64,000 bases of DNA, from sequence record OR567511.1; one strand, written 5' to 3'. The DNA comes from Enterobacter phage vB_Ent31. A program made the translations under genes and the position numbers. The notes beneath the pieces were generated by a model. It had not been told where the DNA came from. It did not search any database and was given only the letters and a program-made list of their open reading frames with translations. Below are positions 18,355 through 28,173 of the stretch, one piece after another. Each line of letters begins with the position of its first letter. The stretch's first letter is position 1.

Positions 18355-18545
18355 CGTCTTTCCTGCTCTGTTTTAATTGCGACTAATACTAGACCTTTAC
18401 GATATGATTCGCGAGGGTCTGCTGGAAATCCCCAACGAGTAAGACCGGTGTCAATTTCACGTTCAAAACGTAAACGAAGCTGAGCCAATTCAGCGTCATG
18501 ATAATCTACAAGGTCTCTACCTTCAAAAATCATAAGCCAATCCAC
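18342..18545 (-). CDS. Hypothetical protein (67 aa)
   Basis: ORF only. Confidence 0.4.
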   Translation of the reverse strand: MDWLMIFEGRDLVDYHDAELAQLRLRFEREIDTGLTRWGFPADPRESYRKGLVLVAIKTEQERRCIK

Positions 18546-18811
18546 TCTAAAACTTCTGGAACAGAAGCATTTTCACAATACAGATTTGTGCCAGCTACTA
18601 CCAGGTCGCTTTCACCCAGGTCTTCGATTAGCATCTTTTGGTTCTTATCTGCACCAGCTTCAAGGTCATGAATCAGCTTAGGCTTAACTTTGTCCCAGTC
18701 ACCTTCAACAAACTTGATGCATGGAATTGAGGTGTAATCTGCTTTAGCCATAGCTGGAACAGCAGAGCAAGATGATACAGCAAAGATTAATGCAAGTACA
18801 AGTTTTTTCAT
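18530..18811 (-). CDS. sp: Spackle periplasmic protein Sp (93 aa, signal peptide)
   Basis: MKKLVLALIFAVSSCSAVPAMA signal peptide. Size and position between genes 61 and 41 match T4 Sp (61.3). Confidence 0.6.
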   Translation of the reverse strand: MKKLVLALIFAVSSCSAVPAMAKADYTSIPCIKFVEGDWDKVKPKLIHDLEAGADKNQKMLIEDLGESDLVVAGTNLYCENASVPEVLEWIGL

Positions 18812-18829
18812 TATCCTATCCTCATGTTG

Positions 18830-18866
18830 TAGGGCTATTATAACATAGCCCTACCAAAATGTAAAC
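18830..18866 (-). promoter_or_regulatory. Early-promoter cassette GTTTAC-N18-TATAAT (TGt extended -10) with hairpin UAGGGCUAU-GUUAUA-AUAGCCCUA
   Basis: Minus-strand read: GTTTACATTTTGGTAGGGCTATGTTATAATAGCCCTA. Consensus sigma70/T4-early geometry. Confidence 0.65.
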
Positions 18867-18868
18867 GG

Positions 18869-20311
18869 TTAGAATTTGAGGTCTTCAGCCAATGCATCGA
18901 GTTTAGCTCTTGCACTAGCGTTTTGTTCAACACGAGTCATTCGGTTGCCTTCTGCAACTCGCTGCTGAGCGCCAGAAGTCTCTTTGACTGAAGTTGGTTG
19001 TTCACCATGTTCTTGAGCTATTTCTACCCAACGCTGATTGCCTTTACTTACACCAATCAAGAACTTATTGTTGATGTTCTTGTCGCCATAACGAGACTTA
19101 ATCTGCTTGATGAGCTGTTGACCCTGCTGAGCAAGTTCTTCAGTTTCAATTACCGCTAGCATAAAGTCTGCTGTTGCTGGTAGACCTGCAGATTCTGCAA
19201 CATCACTCATTGAAACATCAGAAGCATCCCAACCTGAACGAGTTGTCTGAGCTGCTGTCCACAAAACAGTTTCAGATTCGACAGCCAGAGCACGAAGTTC
19301 TTCTGCAATAGCTTTAACTAATGTGTAGCTGTTTTCGGTGTAAACCTTGATACGACAAGAAGCACAGATACCCAGATAGTCAATAATGATGACATCAGGA
19401 ACAAAGTTCTTCTTAAGTTTAAGTTCATTCAGTAACGCACGAAACGTATTTGCATGAGCTCCACCGGTTGGATATTGCTTGATAATCAGACGGCCAAGAG
19501 TATTCTTTGAGCGCCATTTTTCCATCTTACCTTTGTATTCAGCATATGAAATGTGGCCATCGTCAATATCATCCAGTGATACATCAAGTAAGTTAGCATC
19601 GATACGTTTTGCACAAACTTCTTCTGCCATTTCCATGGAGATATACAGAACGTTCTTACCCATCTGAAGATAGTCAGCAGCAAGAGAACACAGACCTAAT
19701 GACTTACCAACGTTTACACCAGCGAGTAATACGTTCAGAGTACCAGTCTCTGCACCACCCTTTGTGATTCGATTCAGAATATTGAGTTTGAATGCAACCT
19801 TACGAGCTTTGTTCTGATAAGCCAACCAACGAGCTTCATGGTCTTCCATCCAATCATGACCAATGTAACTATCAAATGAAATTGACAGAGCAGCTCGCAT
19901 GATGTCCGGAATTGCACCTACATCAGGAAGTTTTTTGTTTCGTTTTTCTGGTGGAAGCTGGGCGTTAGTCTGAATTTCAATAATCTTTGATGTTGCGTTG
20001 TACATCGCAGATTCTTGAACGAAACGTTCAGTTTCAGCTACGAGCCAGTTTAAATCTTCTGGAGTATCTTGAAGCTTATTAATTAACTCACTTGCGCCCT
20101 GTACTTCAGTTTCAACTAACTGACTATTATCCAAAGCCACTGTCAATGCAGTTTTACTTGGAACAGCTTGATATTTCAATACGTGCTGATGAATCAGTTT
20201 GAAAACATTTTTGGCTGGGCCATGTTCAAAATACTCATCTCCCATATAAGGCCAAACCTTCGAGAAGAAGGCTTGGTTATACAGCAAATGAGATAAGATT
20301 GTTTCTACCAC
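18869..20311 (-). CDS. 41: Replicative DNA helicase gp41 (DnaB-like), 480 aa
   Basis: Walker A GVNVGKSLGL and a DnaB-like C-terminal domain. Correct T4 position. Confidence 0.85.
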   Translation of the reverse strand: MVETILSHLLYNQAFFSKVWPYMGDEYFEHGPAKNVFKLIHQHVLKYQAVPSKTALTVALDNSQLVETEVQGASELINKLQDTPEDLNWLVAETERFVQESAMYNATSKIIEIQTNAQLPPEKRNKKLPDVGAIPDIMRAALSISFDSYIGHDWMEDHEARWLAYQNKARKVAFKLNILNRITKGGAETGTLNVLLAGVNVGKSLGLCSLAADYLQMGKNVLYISMEMAEEVCAKRIDANLLDVSLDDIDDGHISYAEYKGKMEKWRSKNTLGRLIIKQYPTGGAHANTFRALLNELKLKKNFVPDVIIIDYLGICASCRIKVYTENSYTLVKAIAEELRALAVESETVLWTAAQTTRSGWDASDVSMSDVAESAGLPATADFMLAVIETEELAQQGQQLIKQIKSRYGDKNINNKFLIGVSKGNQRWVEIAQEHGEQPTSVKETSGAQQRVAEGNRMTRVEQNASARAKLDALAEDLKF

Positions 20312-20321
20312 GGGAACCTCA

Positions 20322-20690
20322 TTAAAATAGTTTGAAACGTTTTTTCTTTCTCATAATCTCGGCATGAGCCTGTTGAATTTGTATTTTAATACATTTTTCA
20401 ACATGTGGTGCAAGGTCGGCTTTTCGCGATTCGTCCAACGTAGAGAACTCTAGTGACACCTGGCCGCTTTCATCCAAGTGTAATGAGGTAACATATACGA
20501 TATGTTCTTCGCCATCTTCTAGGGTTATCAGGATTTCCTGAACGACATTCTCCATAGCCTTTTGGACTATTTCTAGACTCTTTTTAAACATCCGCTCGGT
20601 TCTTTCAAATTCCCCCTCCGAAGAGGGGGTTTCATCTTGAACTTCAACATCAGTCAAATCGAGGTCTAAATCCTCGAAATCATTTTTCAT
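20322..20690 (-). CDS. 40: gp40-position protein (head vertex assembly chaperone in T4), 122 aa
   Basis: Assigned by synteny between 41 and uvsX. Size matches; acidic protein. Confidence 0.55.
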   Translation of the reverse strand: MKNDFEDLDLDLTDVEVQDETPSSEGEFERTERMFKKSLEIVQKAMENVVQEILITLEDGEEHIVYVTSLHLDESGQVSLEFSTLDESRKADLAPHVEKCIKIQIQQAHAEIMRKKKRFKLF

Positions 20691-21880
20691 TACAGACCTT
20701 CTGTTGGACCACCCATAGGTTCGTCGTCGTAATTGTCAAGTTCATCTTCGATTGAAGCTGGAGTTGCTCTTACTTCGCCTTCCGGAGCATGGAACTCTTC
20801 GGTCTTCGAATTAATCAGAGCATCAACTTCTTCATCTACTACTGCATTGGTTTCAATAGCACCCAACTGATAGCGATTTTTAATAGCATCGCGGAATGGC
20901 TGATGTTTAAACAGAGGACCCCAGAATGCGGTACTTGAAGTATCTTTTGCACGCCATGATTTCTCTTCGCGAACCATTTCACCGGTATCTACGTCCAGAT
21001 ATTCACGAGCATACCAACCGTTTTTAGGTTTAACTACAAAACCAAGTTCCAGCGCCATATCTAACAGACCAGAGTAAGGGTCAATACCACCATCGAATTT
21101 AACATCAATGAAGAACTTACTCTTCTCTTTGACAGTACGAGATTTCTCGGCGTTCAGAACAAACTGATAACCTTGAAGATCTGTACCATCTTTAATTTGG
21201 CGTTTACCGATGATGAATACAGTATCTGCTGAATACATTGGACCAGTACCACCAGTCATTACAGTCTTACTGAACATCTCAATTGTTTCGATTGTGTGGT
21301 TAACCGCAACGCATGGAATGTTTTTGATAGAGAAGTAAGGTGTAACAATACGGAACAGAGACTTCAGTGATTTCGCACGAGTCATATCCGCAACTGATTT
21401 TTCGTTCAGCGCATCTTCTGTTTCTTTCTTAGACGCCAGGTTACCAATGGAGTCGATGAATACGATAACTTTCTCACCGCGTTCAATTTCTTCCAGCTGA
21501 TTTACCATGTCAATCTTAAGCTGTTCAACAGATTGTACAGGAGTGTGTACTACACGGTCCGGGTCAACACCCATTGCGCGAAGATATGCTGGAGTGATAC
21601 CGAATTCTGAGTCGTAGAACAGACAAATAGCATCCGGATATTTTGTCATATAAGCGGAAACCATAGTCAGACTCATATTTGACTTGAAGTGCTTTGACGG
21701 GCCCGCAAAGATTGTTAAACCTGATTGCATGCCACCATCTAATGCACCTGAAATCGCGATATTAAGCATCGGAATCTTAGTACGAACTACATCCTTTTCA
21801 TTGAAGAATTTGGATTTATCCAGAGATGCAGTCATTTTAGAAGTGGATGCTTTAATCAGACGAGATTTTAAATCAGACAT
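20690..21880 (-). CDS. uvsX: UvsX RecA-like recombinase (396 aa)
   Basis: Walker A GPSKHFKS, RecA-fold motifs and an acidic C-terminus. Correct T4 position. Confidence 0.85.
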   Translation of the reverse strand: MSDLKSRLIKASTSKMTASLDKSKFFNEKDVVRTKIPMLNIAISGALDGGMQSGLTIFAGPSKHFKSNMSLTMVSAYMTKYPDAICLFYDSEFGITPAYLRAMGVDPDRVVHTPVQSVEQLKIDMVNQLEEIERGEKVIVFIDSIGNLASKKETEDALNEKSVADMTRAKSLKSLFRIVTPYFSIKNIPCVAVNHTIETIEMFSKTVMTGGTGPMYSADTVFIIGKRQIKDGTDLQGYQFVLNAEKSRTVKEKSKFFIDVKFDGGIDPYSGLLDMALELGFVVKPKNGWYAREYLDVDTGEMVREEKSWRAKDTSSTAFWGPLFKHQPFRDAIKNRYQLGAIETNAVVDEEVDALINSKTEEFHAPEGEVRATPASIEDELDNYDDEPMGGPTEGL

Positions 21881-21935
21881 TAATTATTTTCCATAAGTCT
21901 CCATAATATTTTTCTCACAGGTTTAAGATAGAGTA

Positions 21936-21960
21936 ATTATATCAACTACGGTTTAAAGCG
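21936..21960 (-). promoter_or_regulatory. Candidate middle promoter CGCTTTA-N12-TATAAT upstream of uvsX
   Basis: Minus-strand read: CCGCTTTAAACCGTAGTTGATATAAT. MotA-box-like (xGCTTTA) 12 bp from an extended -10 TGaTATAAT. Confidence 0.4.
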
Positions 21961-22014
21961 GATTGCAATGCGGTGAATCATTTTGACAAGGTGTGTAACA
22001 GCAAGCATTACAAT

Positions 22015-22038
22015 GACCACCGACTTTGTCGGTGGTGT
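22015..22038 (-). other. Stem-loop CACCGAC-AAAG-UCGGUG after the beta-gt stop
   Basis: Inverted repeat with no U-run. Possible RNA processing or stability element. Confidence 0.35.
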
Positions 22039-22043
22039 ATTCT

Positions 22044-23120
22044 TTAGATTTCAATTGCTTTCTTGAATTCAGCTTGCCAAATTGGTTTTTCATCAAGATA
22101 TTTTTGAAGAATTTTGTGCTGATATTCCAGAGTTTCAATTCTAAAGTCCTCGTCGTTTTTAATTTTATTAATTTTATCAACAAGCTCTTGACGATTGCTC
22201 ACATAGAAGAAATCATTTCCTTCCATGATATTCATGTCAGGGTCAAATGTGATATCGAAGAACGCCACTGCAGTAGATGCCAGAGCTTCCCATACACGAG
22301 GAGTGATTTGGTTATTATCGTAAGTCTTATCACCGAGTACGATAGTAGCATACGCGGTTGAGTTACGTTGAACCATTTCACGAGAATCTACCTTCCCAGG
22401 AAATACAGGAGGAGTAGTCCAAGGGAATTCCGGATTCTTGAATTGGTCTGCCTTTACTGAACCGAAGAACTCAACGTCCAATCCAGTATCAAACAGATAT
22501 TCAACCATCTTTTGTTCGCGATTACCTGAACGGAACGTTCCACCATAAATCAGGTCACGCATTTTGATGCCATCTGCAGCAATCTTGAAGACGCTGTGAT
22601 ACATCTTATGACGGTCCAATGCGAAGTGTACAAATTCCATTCGGTCTTTAGAGACACCGACTAAACGGTCAGAGTGAATTCGTTTGGCTTGTTCCAGGTC
22701 GCGTCCTTGAGAAACTACACGAATTGGAGAGCGAACAATGAACTGCTCTTCAGTGTATTTGCTGGACCATTTTTTCTTCGACATTCGACGCCACGCTTGT
22801 TCCCATGGAAGACGAATGTCAGTGAACAGATAATAAATCTTTGACTTATATTTGTTCAAGAACATATAAGCCGCTTTATTCATCTTGTTCTCTTCACCGC
22901 CGTAGAAGTTCAGAGAAGCATTAACTACCAGAACTCGGTCGTATACATTCGGGTCTGGGACATCATCAAATGCGATGCCGTATTGAGTATTTTTCATTGA
23001 AATGAGGTCAACATCAAGCCCCATATCTTTTAAGCATTCGGACAGATAAATTGTCTCAGAAGCAGGGGTTGTTTTAAACCCCTGGATGTTGTTACCTAAG
23101 TTCAGGATAGCAATTTTCAT
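22044..23120 (-). CDS. bgt: DNA beta-glucosyltransferase (358 aa)
   Basis: MKIAILNLGNNIQGFKTTPASETIYL ... KIYYLFTDIRLP ... IYGGTFRSGNREQKMVEYLFDTGL is closely similar to T4 beta-gt. Confidence 0.85.
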   Translation of the reverse strand: MKIAILNLGNNIQGFKTTPASETIYLSECLKDMGLDVDLISMKNTQYGIAFDDVPDPNVYDRVLVVNASLNFYGGEENKMNKAAYMFLNKYKSKIYYLFTDIRLPWEQAWRRMSKKKWSSKYTEEQFIVRSPIRVVSQGRDLEQAKRIHSDRLVGVSKDRMEFVHFALDRHKMYHSVFKIAADGIKMRDLIYGGTFRSGNREQKMVEYLFDTGLDVEFFGSVKADQFKNPEFPWTTPPVFPGKVDSREMVQRNSTAYATIVLGDKTYDNNQITPRVWEALASTAVAFFDITFDPDMNIMEGNDFFYVSNRQELVDKINKIKNDEDFRIETLEYQHKILQKYLDEKPIWQAEFKKAIEI

Positions 23121-23953
23121 AAAGTAGGCTCAATCTCACTGAATTTGTTGAAAGCATCTGACTTTTGTTTCTTGGCTACGCACATACGAAGTACTTTCAG
23201 AGGTTCGTCAGTGCCAAACATAGTTTTGGTTGGGTCACCTTCTGATTTCCAACGAGCTTGAGTTGGGAAGTCAGCATGAATTTTTTCTAATGCACGGTTT
23301 TGTTTAGCCGCATTACGCATAGATGATACGCCGCCAGGAGCTTGTCCTTTGCCAGATTTGACGAGATATTTGAAAATCGCCAGATGAGGATAACCCATAT
23401 TAATGAGTTTAAGGAACGCGTATGTATCTTCGGACAGGTCTACTATACCATATCCAATGTCATCAGCAGAAAGTTTGCTTAAATCGTAAAAAGTGTTAGT
23501 GAATCCGTAAGAGTTCTCACGGAAATGACCCCACTTAGAATCAATCTTGAAGATAGGCAAACGAGCATGACCATGATAAAATCCACAGTCCATAGCTGCT
23601 TCAACATACTGAGTGAGTTTATTGAATTCGTCCCATGTCATTCCAACATCGTGAAGAATACGACGGTCGTCTTTAGCACGAATCTCAGTAGTATGAATTG
23701 TAGTGTCATCGTCCAGCATCCAGATTCGTTGACCTTGATACATTTCAGTAATAAGACGACGAGTACCAGCAATACCATTTACATCATCTGGAATAGTTAC
23801 GATTTTAGCCAACGCACCATAATGCATCTCATATTCTTCTTTCTGAGACTCACGTACTACTAAATGAGGTACATAACCAGTAGGGAACATGTCCAGGGCA
23901 GTTACTGCCCCAGCACGATTGTAACTCGGAATTACAAATTGAATCATTTCCAT
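23117..23953 (-). CDS. GT-A fold (GT2-like) glycosyltransferase (278 aa), a candidate second DNA-sugar-modifying enzyme
   Basis: VIPSYNRAG (GT2 N-terminal motif) and IWMLDDDTT (DxD). Sits between beta-gt and gene 42, where T4 has no such gene. Confidence 0.55.
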   Translation of the reverse strand: MEMIQFVIPSYNRAGAVTALDMFPTGYVPHLVVRESQKEEYEMHYGALAKIVTIPDDVNGIAGTRRLITEMYQGQRIWMLDDDTTIHTTEIRAKDDRRILHDVGMTWDEFNKLTQYVEAAMDCGFYHGHARLPIFKIDSKWGHFRENSYGFTNTFYDLSKLSADDIGYGIVDLSEDTYAFLKLINMGYPHLAIFKYLVKSGKGQAPGGVSSMRNAAKQNRALEKIHADFPTQARWKSEGDPTKTMFGTDEPLKVLRMCVAKKQKSDAFNKFSEIEPTL

Positions 23954-24711
23954 TTGCCTTTGTAGTCAGATTTCTTAACATCAATCCGGCCGGTTTGACG
24001 ATAATAGTCAACCAGATAGAAATGACGCTCATACACGTGCAGAGACCCAGCGTTCCAAATAATGTCGCCTGGAACATACTTTTCACCAGAACCTGCATTA
24101 ACTGTTTCTACTAATGATTCTAATACATATTTCTGCCAAGCATAATCATTGCGGAAACCAAATACAACATCATTGCTTCGCATATTAACGATAGCGTTTA
24201 CACGACCATCACGAATAAGATATTGAACTGTGTTAGTGCACATGAAATCACTCATACCATCACGTTCAAAATCAACTTGCATACTTGGACGAGTGTAAAT
24301 CATAATTGCACGACGAGAATCTGGTTTTTCAATCAGCTCAGTTGCACAGAATGAGAATTGATTATAGTTTTCAGCAGACCAAATAGCCCAGCCGTAGTTT
24401 GAGTTAATTTCACCCTTTGAAGATGAAACCTGTTCCCAAATCGCCGGAGTACCGCCTGGAATATCTTTCACGAACAGAGACTTAGATTTGTACCATGCAA
24501 GTTCACGTTCAACATATTCTTGGTTAACTGTTCCGAAAATTGAATCTTCGGTTACTACAAAAGATGGACCAATTAACTCAATGGTCTTTGCGCCAGTTTT
24601 GTCAATTACAAACATCTCATTGAACAGAGCATGGCACAGTTCATCACGAATGTCTTCGTTAGTCAGTGGAGTTACAATCATTTTGCCTCTTCGTAGTTTT
24701 TCTTCATACAA
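23944..24711 (-). CDS. 42: dCMP hydroxymethylase gp42 (255 aa)
   Basis: Long near-identical stretches to T4 gp42 (YKSKSLFVKDIPG, GMSDFMCTNTVQYLIRD, MRSNDVVFGFRNDYAWQKYVL). Confidence 0.9.
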   Translation of the reverse strand: MYEEKLRRGKMIVTPLTNEDIRDELCHALFNEMFVIDKTGAKTIELIGPSFVVTEDSIFGTVNQEYVERELAWYKSKSLFVKDIPGGTPAIWEQVSSSKGEINSNYGWAIWSAENYNQFSFCATELIEKPDSRRAIMIYTRPSMQVDFERDGMSDFMCTNTVQYLIRDGRVNAIVNMRSNDVVFGFRNDYAWQKYVLESLVETVNAGSGEKYVPGDIIWNAGSLHVYERHFYLVDYYRQTGRIDVKKSDYKGKWK

Positions 24712-25118
24712 CGCTTAAATGCTTCATATTGGCCAGAAGACCTGAAGTTTTCAAATTCATTGATATTTTTGCTGGTAGGATTATTATACATCGTTTGATA
24801 TAAGCCTGCACCATGGAACTCAACGATAGCTTGACACTTACGAGCAGCTACTTGCTTCTCATAGGTTGCGTCAAATTCGCGTTGTTTCTTCATGACACGT
24901 GCTTGGTCACGAGCGATAGGGTCATTAGCCTGCTGTTGAGCAAGATACTCTTCGCCTGCACGAACAGAAGACTGATTGATTTGAGGGGTTGAACGAGCAT
25001 ACACCAGACCGGTGCCGCCTACATACTTAACTTGCCCTACAGTACTAGCATGAACAGTGTCTCCTTGATAAGCACAACCTGCCAGTAGCATAGCAGCAGC
25101 TACTGCTAAAAATTTCAT
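24678..25118 (-). CDS. Predicted lipoprotein (146 aa) at the T4 imm position
   Basis: MKFLAVAAAMLLAGC lipobox. Sits between genes 42 and 43, where T4 encodes the Imm superinfection-immunity membrane protein. Confidence 0.55.
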   Translation of the reverse strand: MKFLAVAAAMLLAGCAYQGDTVHASTVGQVKYVGGTGLVYARSTPQINQSSVRAGEEYLAQQQANDPIARDQARVMKKQREFDATYEKQVAARKCQAIVEFHGAGLYQTMYNNPTSKNINEFENFRSSGQYEAFKRCMKKNYEEAK

Positions 25119-25128
25119 TTCAATATCC

Positions 25129-25353
25129 TCATTTGTGAGTTACAAGTTTATAAGTCCAATCACTTTCATCTTCACGATAGACGTTAACTATAGAAGTCTC
25201 TTTGAGTTTAGCTCGCAGATTCTTTTCGGTGATTTCAGTGCCGTCATCAAAGAAAATCTTATCAGACCCGCCAGCACTCAGGAAACGAAAAGTGCTTCTG
25301 AGATTGAACTTCAGTACTGGAATGTAGCTATCGTCGGTGATTGAGTAAATCAT
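25129..25353 (-). CDS. Hypothetical protein (74 aa)
   Basis: ORF with an early promoter upstream. Confidence 0.45.
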   Translation of the reverse strand: MIYSITDDSYIPVLKFNLRSTFRFLSAGGSDKIFFDDGTEITEKNLRAKLKETSIVNVYREDESDWTYKLVTHK

Positions 25354-25379
25354 TTTATTCTCCTTTTATGTATAAGAGA

Positions 25380-25409
25380 ATTATACCACATCCGTGTGGT
25401 AATGTACAA
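25380..25409 (-). promoter_or_regulatory. Early-type promoter TTGTAC-N18-TATAAT (TGg extended) with CCACA-CGGA-UGUGG hairpin in the spacer
   Basis: Minus-strand read: TTGTACATTACCACACGGATGTGGTATAAT. Confidence 0.5.
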
Positions 25410-25413
25410 TGCT

Positions 25414-28122
25414 TTAGAAATCAAACATATTGTCTAAAGACGCTTTTTCTTCATAGTCCAATCCAGAAGCTTCTGACATACCAGCAAGTGGCTTAACGAA
25501 AGACTTTTGGAATAGAGTCATGTAGTCTAACCAAGCCAGAACATCTTGACGAATTTCCTGCGGAAGTTCTGTGCCAGATGGCCAAGCGATACATTTGTCA
25601 CCGAATGGGTTACCCTGACGAAGTGGAAGAACCATCACCTTGTTACCCTCGAGAATCGGAGTGACAGAGAATCCGGCTGTTGCACGATTATAAGTCAGTG
25701 CACCACGAACGTGATATGGACATTTCAGACCAGGGAAACCATTATCGTCATATTTACCGATGTCATTGCAAGTTTTAACTTCTGCAATAACTTTGTAGTC
25801 CAGCTGACGATATTCCTTCTCAAACTGTTTGTAGTATTCTTGCAGTGATTCTTCACCTTCTTGAACCATGCGGCGAATACTTTCTTCCAATGCCTTCTGA
25901 ACTGCTTTTGGAGTAGAAGATTGCTGAGTCTCCATGCCCATAATCTTCAGGTGTGGTTCAGCATAACGCTTATCTTCCATATCGTAAACGTTTAGTGCAT
26001 AACGTTTCTTAGCTTTCCAGAATCCACCACAACCTTTTGAACCAAGCGGAGGACATGAAATAGCTTCTCGGTCCATGTGCATTAGGTGTTCACGGTTATT
26101 GAAGTACTCGCACAGTTCACGGTAAGCAGTGTCAATCATCGGTTCCATTTTCTTCTTACCGAATTGGTTCATAAATTCAACCACTTCGTCAGTTGTTTTG
26201 AAACGTTCGAGACCTACTTTTTCAATAACTTTGTCAACTGAAACATAGATTGAGTCGGTATCACCTGCTGCAATGAAATCAAATCCTTCAGTTCCACACA
26301 CTTTATTCAGATACTCGTTAACTTTACGAGCAATCCAACGAATACCTACTTGACCAAATAACGTAATCGCAGATGCGTTACGAAGGTCATAATAACGGAA
26401 GTAGATGTTACCCAAAGCACCATAAAGACTGTTGATAAGAATTTTACGGTTCAACTGGTTTGTGTTTGCCAGAATAGCAGCAGACTCACAACGAGCCAGC
26501 ATAGTTTCCAACACCAACTTCGTGTACTTATTCAGAGACGCTTTCTGTTCGTCAGTGTACTGAGTATAACGAGTTTCATCTGGAGTATCAATGTCACCGA
26601 ATACGCCAGCTGCCAGAACTTTCTTAATTTCTTCTGCGTTACGTTCTTCTGCGAACATCTTTTTCTTCCAATCTTTACGCTGGAAGAACACCTTAGCGAT
26701 TTCTACTGGGATGACACCTTCAATATCTTTACGATACATCCAACCGTTCGGTGAACATGAATATTCGTCACTTGGACGTGGTGCAGTCTTATTGATATAA
26801 GCTTCAATATCATAAAGTTTGAATTGACCAACAATAGTTTCCGGAGAAATATTCACCTGACGAATGATACTCGGATACAGAGATGTTAAGTCGAAACTCA
26901 TGATGTACTTACGAGCACATGCTAATGGTTCAAATACATATGCACCTGGATAACTTTGCTTGATATGACGCTTACCTTGAGGAACAACTTTGTTCTGTTC
27001 TTTCAGGGAGTTAAAGATAATTGCGTCCCAAGTTTTAATTGGAGACATTACACCGCCAAACGGCATCTTAGCATAATAAGACATACTCAGTGCCAGGTCA
27101 ATGAATCCACGAACTCGGTCAATACCACCTACAGACTCAACGTCCATGATGTTATAAGAAATATAACGTTGGTGATTTGTTTCACGAAGTTTGTTAATTG
27201 GACCGTCATATGGCAACTTACCACGTTTCGTCTCATATAGAGCAATGTAGTCCAAGTTATAAGTTGGCTGGTTCGTGAATGAATACTTCTTGTACAAATC
27301 CATGTAATCCAGAATTGTTACACCATCAATACTGAATACTTCTTTTTCACCATACATGTTCTGAATGAGTTTTGAATTCACTCGGTTGATTGGAGAGAAT
27401 CGTTTCATTGAACGTTCACCCAACACATGTTTAACACGGTTCATGATGTATGGAATATCGAAGCCTTCAATGTTCCAACCCGTGAAGATTGCTGGACGCT
27501 TTTGTTCCCAGAGATTGATGTATTCCAGCAGAAGTTCTTTCTCTGAATAGAACGGCATGTACACTACACGGTCAAGAATATGCTGCGGAACTTCATCACC
27601 GCCTTCTTTATCACTTCGTGCAGCTAACTTCACGTCCCATTCTGAAACTGAGCCATACAGAGAATCCAACAAATCGAAAACGTAGAACTTATCATCGATT
27701 GAATCATAATGGGTGATTGCATCGATTTCATACATCGCTTTCATTGGGTCTGGGAATTTGTCGCCTGTAACTTCGATGTCACAGTTCGCAACACGAATGA
27801 ATTTCTTGTCATAAACAATTTCAGAGCCATAAGTGTCGGAGATATAAGCAAGTTTGAAGTCATCCATACCCATGGCTTCAAGACCAATATCTTCCATACG
27901 ACGAATCCAATCACGAGCATCTTTCATGGTTGGGAATGTGTTTTTGATACATGGTTTCCCATAGATATCAAAGAACTTTGTCTTCACGCCTTGTTGAGCA
28001 TGAGAAAACATAGTTGGAGAATATTCAATTCGTCGCTGACGTTCTACACCATTGGAGTCAATATAGCGTTCAATGATGTCATTACCTGCGGTTTCAATAG
28101 AGATATAAAATTCTTGTGCCAT
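25414..28122 (-). CDS. 43: DNA polymerase gp43 (family B), 902 aa
   Basis: Exo motifs (FDIE...), polymerase motifs (SLYPSII, KILINSLYG, AAGDTDSIYV) and size match T4 gp43. Confidence 0.92.
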   Translation of the reverse strand: MAQEFYISIETAGNDIIERYIDSNGVERQRRIEYSPTMFSHAQQGVKTKFFDIYGKPCIKNTFPTMKDARDWIRRMEDIGLEAMGMDDFKLAYISDTYGSEIVYDKKFIRVANCDIEVTGDKFPDPMKAMYEIDAITHYDSIDDKFYVFDLLDSLYGSVSEWDVKLAARSDKEGGDEVPQHILDRVVYMPFYSEKELLLEYINLWEQKRPAIFTGWNIEGFDIPYIMNRVKHVLGERSMKRFSPINRVNSKLIQNMYGEKEVFSIDGVTILDYMDLYKKYSFTNQPTYNLDYIALYETKRGKLPYDGPINKLRETNHQRYISYNIMDVESVGGIDRVRGFIDLALSMSYYAKMPFGGVMSPIKTWDAIIFNSLKEQNKVVPQGKRHIKQSYPGAYVFEPLACARKYIMSFDLTSLYPSIIRQVNISPETIVGQFKLYDIEAYINKTAPRPSDEYSCSPNGWMYRKDIEGVIPVEIAKVFFQRKDWKKKMFAEERNAEEIKKVLAAGVFGDIDTPDETRYTQYTDEQKASLNKYTKLVLETMLARCESAAILANTNQLNRKILINSLYGALGNIYFRYYDLRNASAITLFGQVGIRWIARKVNEYLNKVCGTEGFDFIAAGDTDSIYVSVDKVIEKVGLERFKTTDEVVEFMNQFGKKKMEPMIDTAYRELCEYFNNREHLMHMDREAISCPPLGSKGCGGFWKAKKRYALNVYDMEDKRYAEPHLKIMGMETQQSSTPKAVQKALEESIRRMVQEGEESLQEYYKQFEKEYRQLDYKVIAEVKTCNDIGKYDDNGFPGLKCPYHVRGALTYNRATAGFSVTPILEGNKVMVLPLRQGNPFGDKCIAWPSGTELPQEIRQDVLAWLDYMTLFQKSFVKPLAGMSEASGLDYEEKASLDNMFDF

Positions 28123-28173
28123 GAGTTTCCTTAGTTTTTCCTATAGACCGAGTGATTGGTCTTTGGTGTGTCT

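Noticed and set aside
21953-22183. Minus-strand 76-aa ORF overlapping the 3' end of beta-gt
   Set aside because: It is out of frame with the conserved beta-gt C-terminus. The region instead holds a stem-loop and promoter elements.
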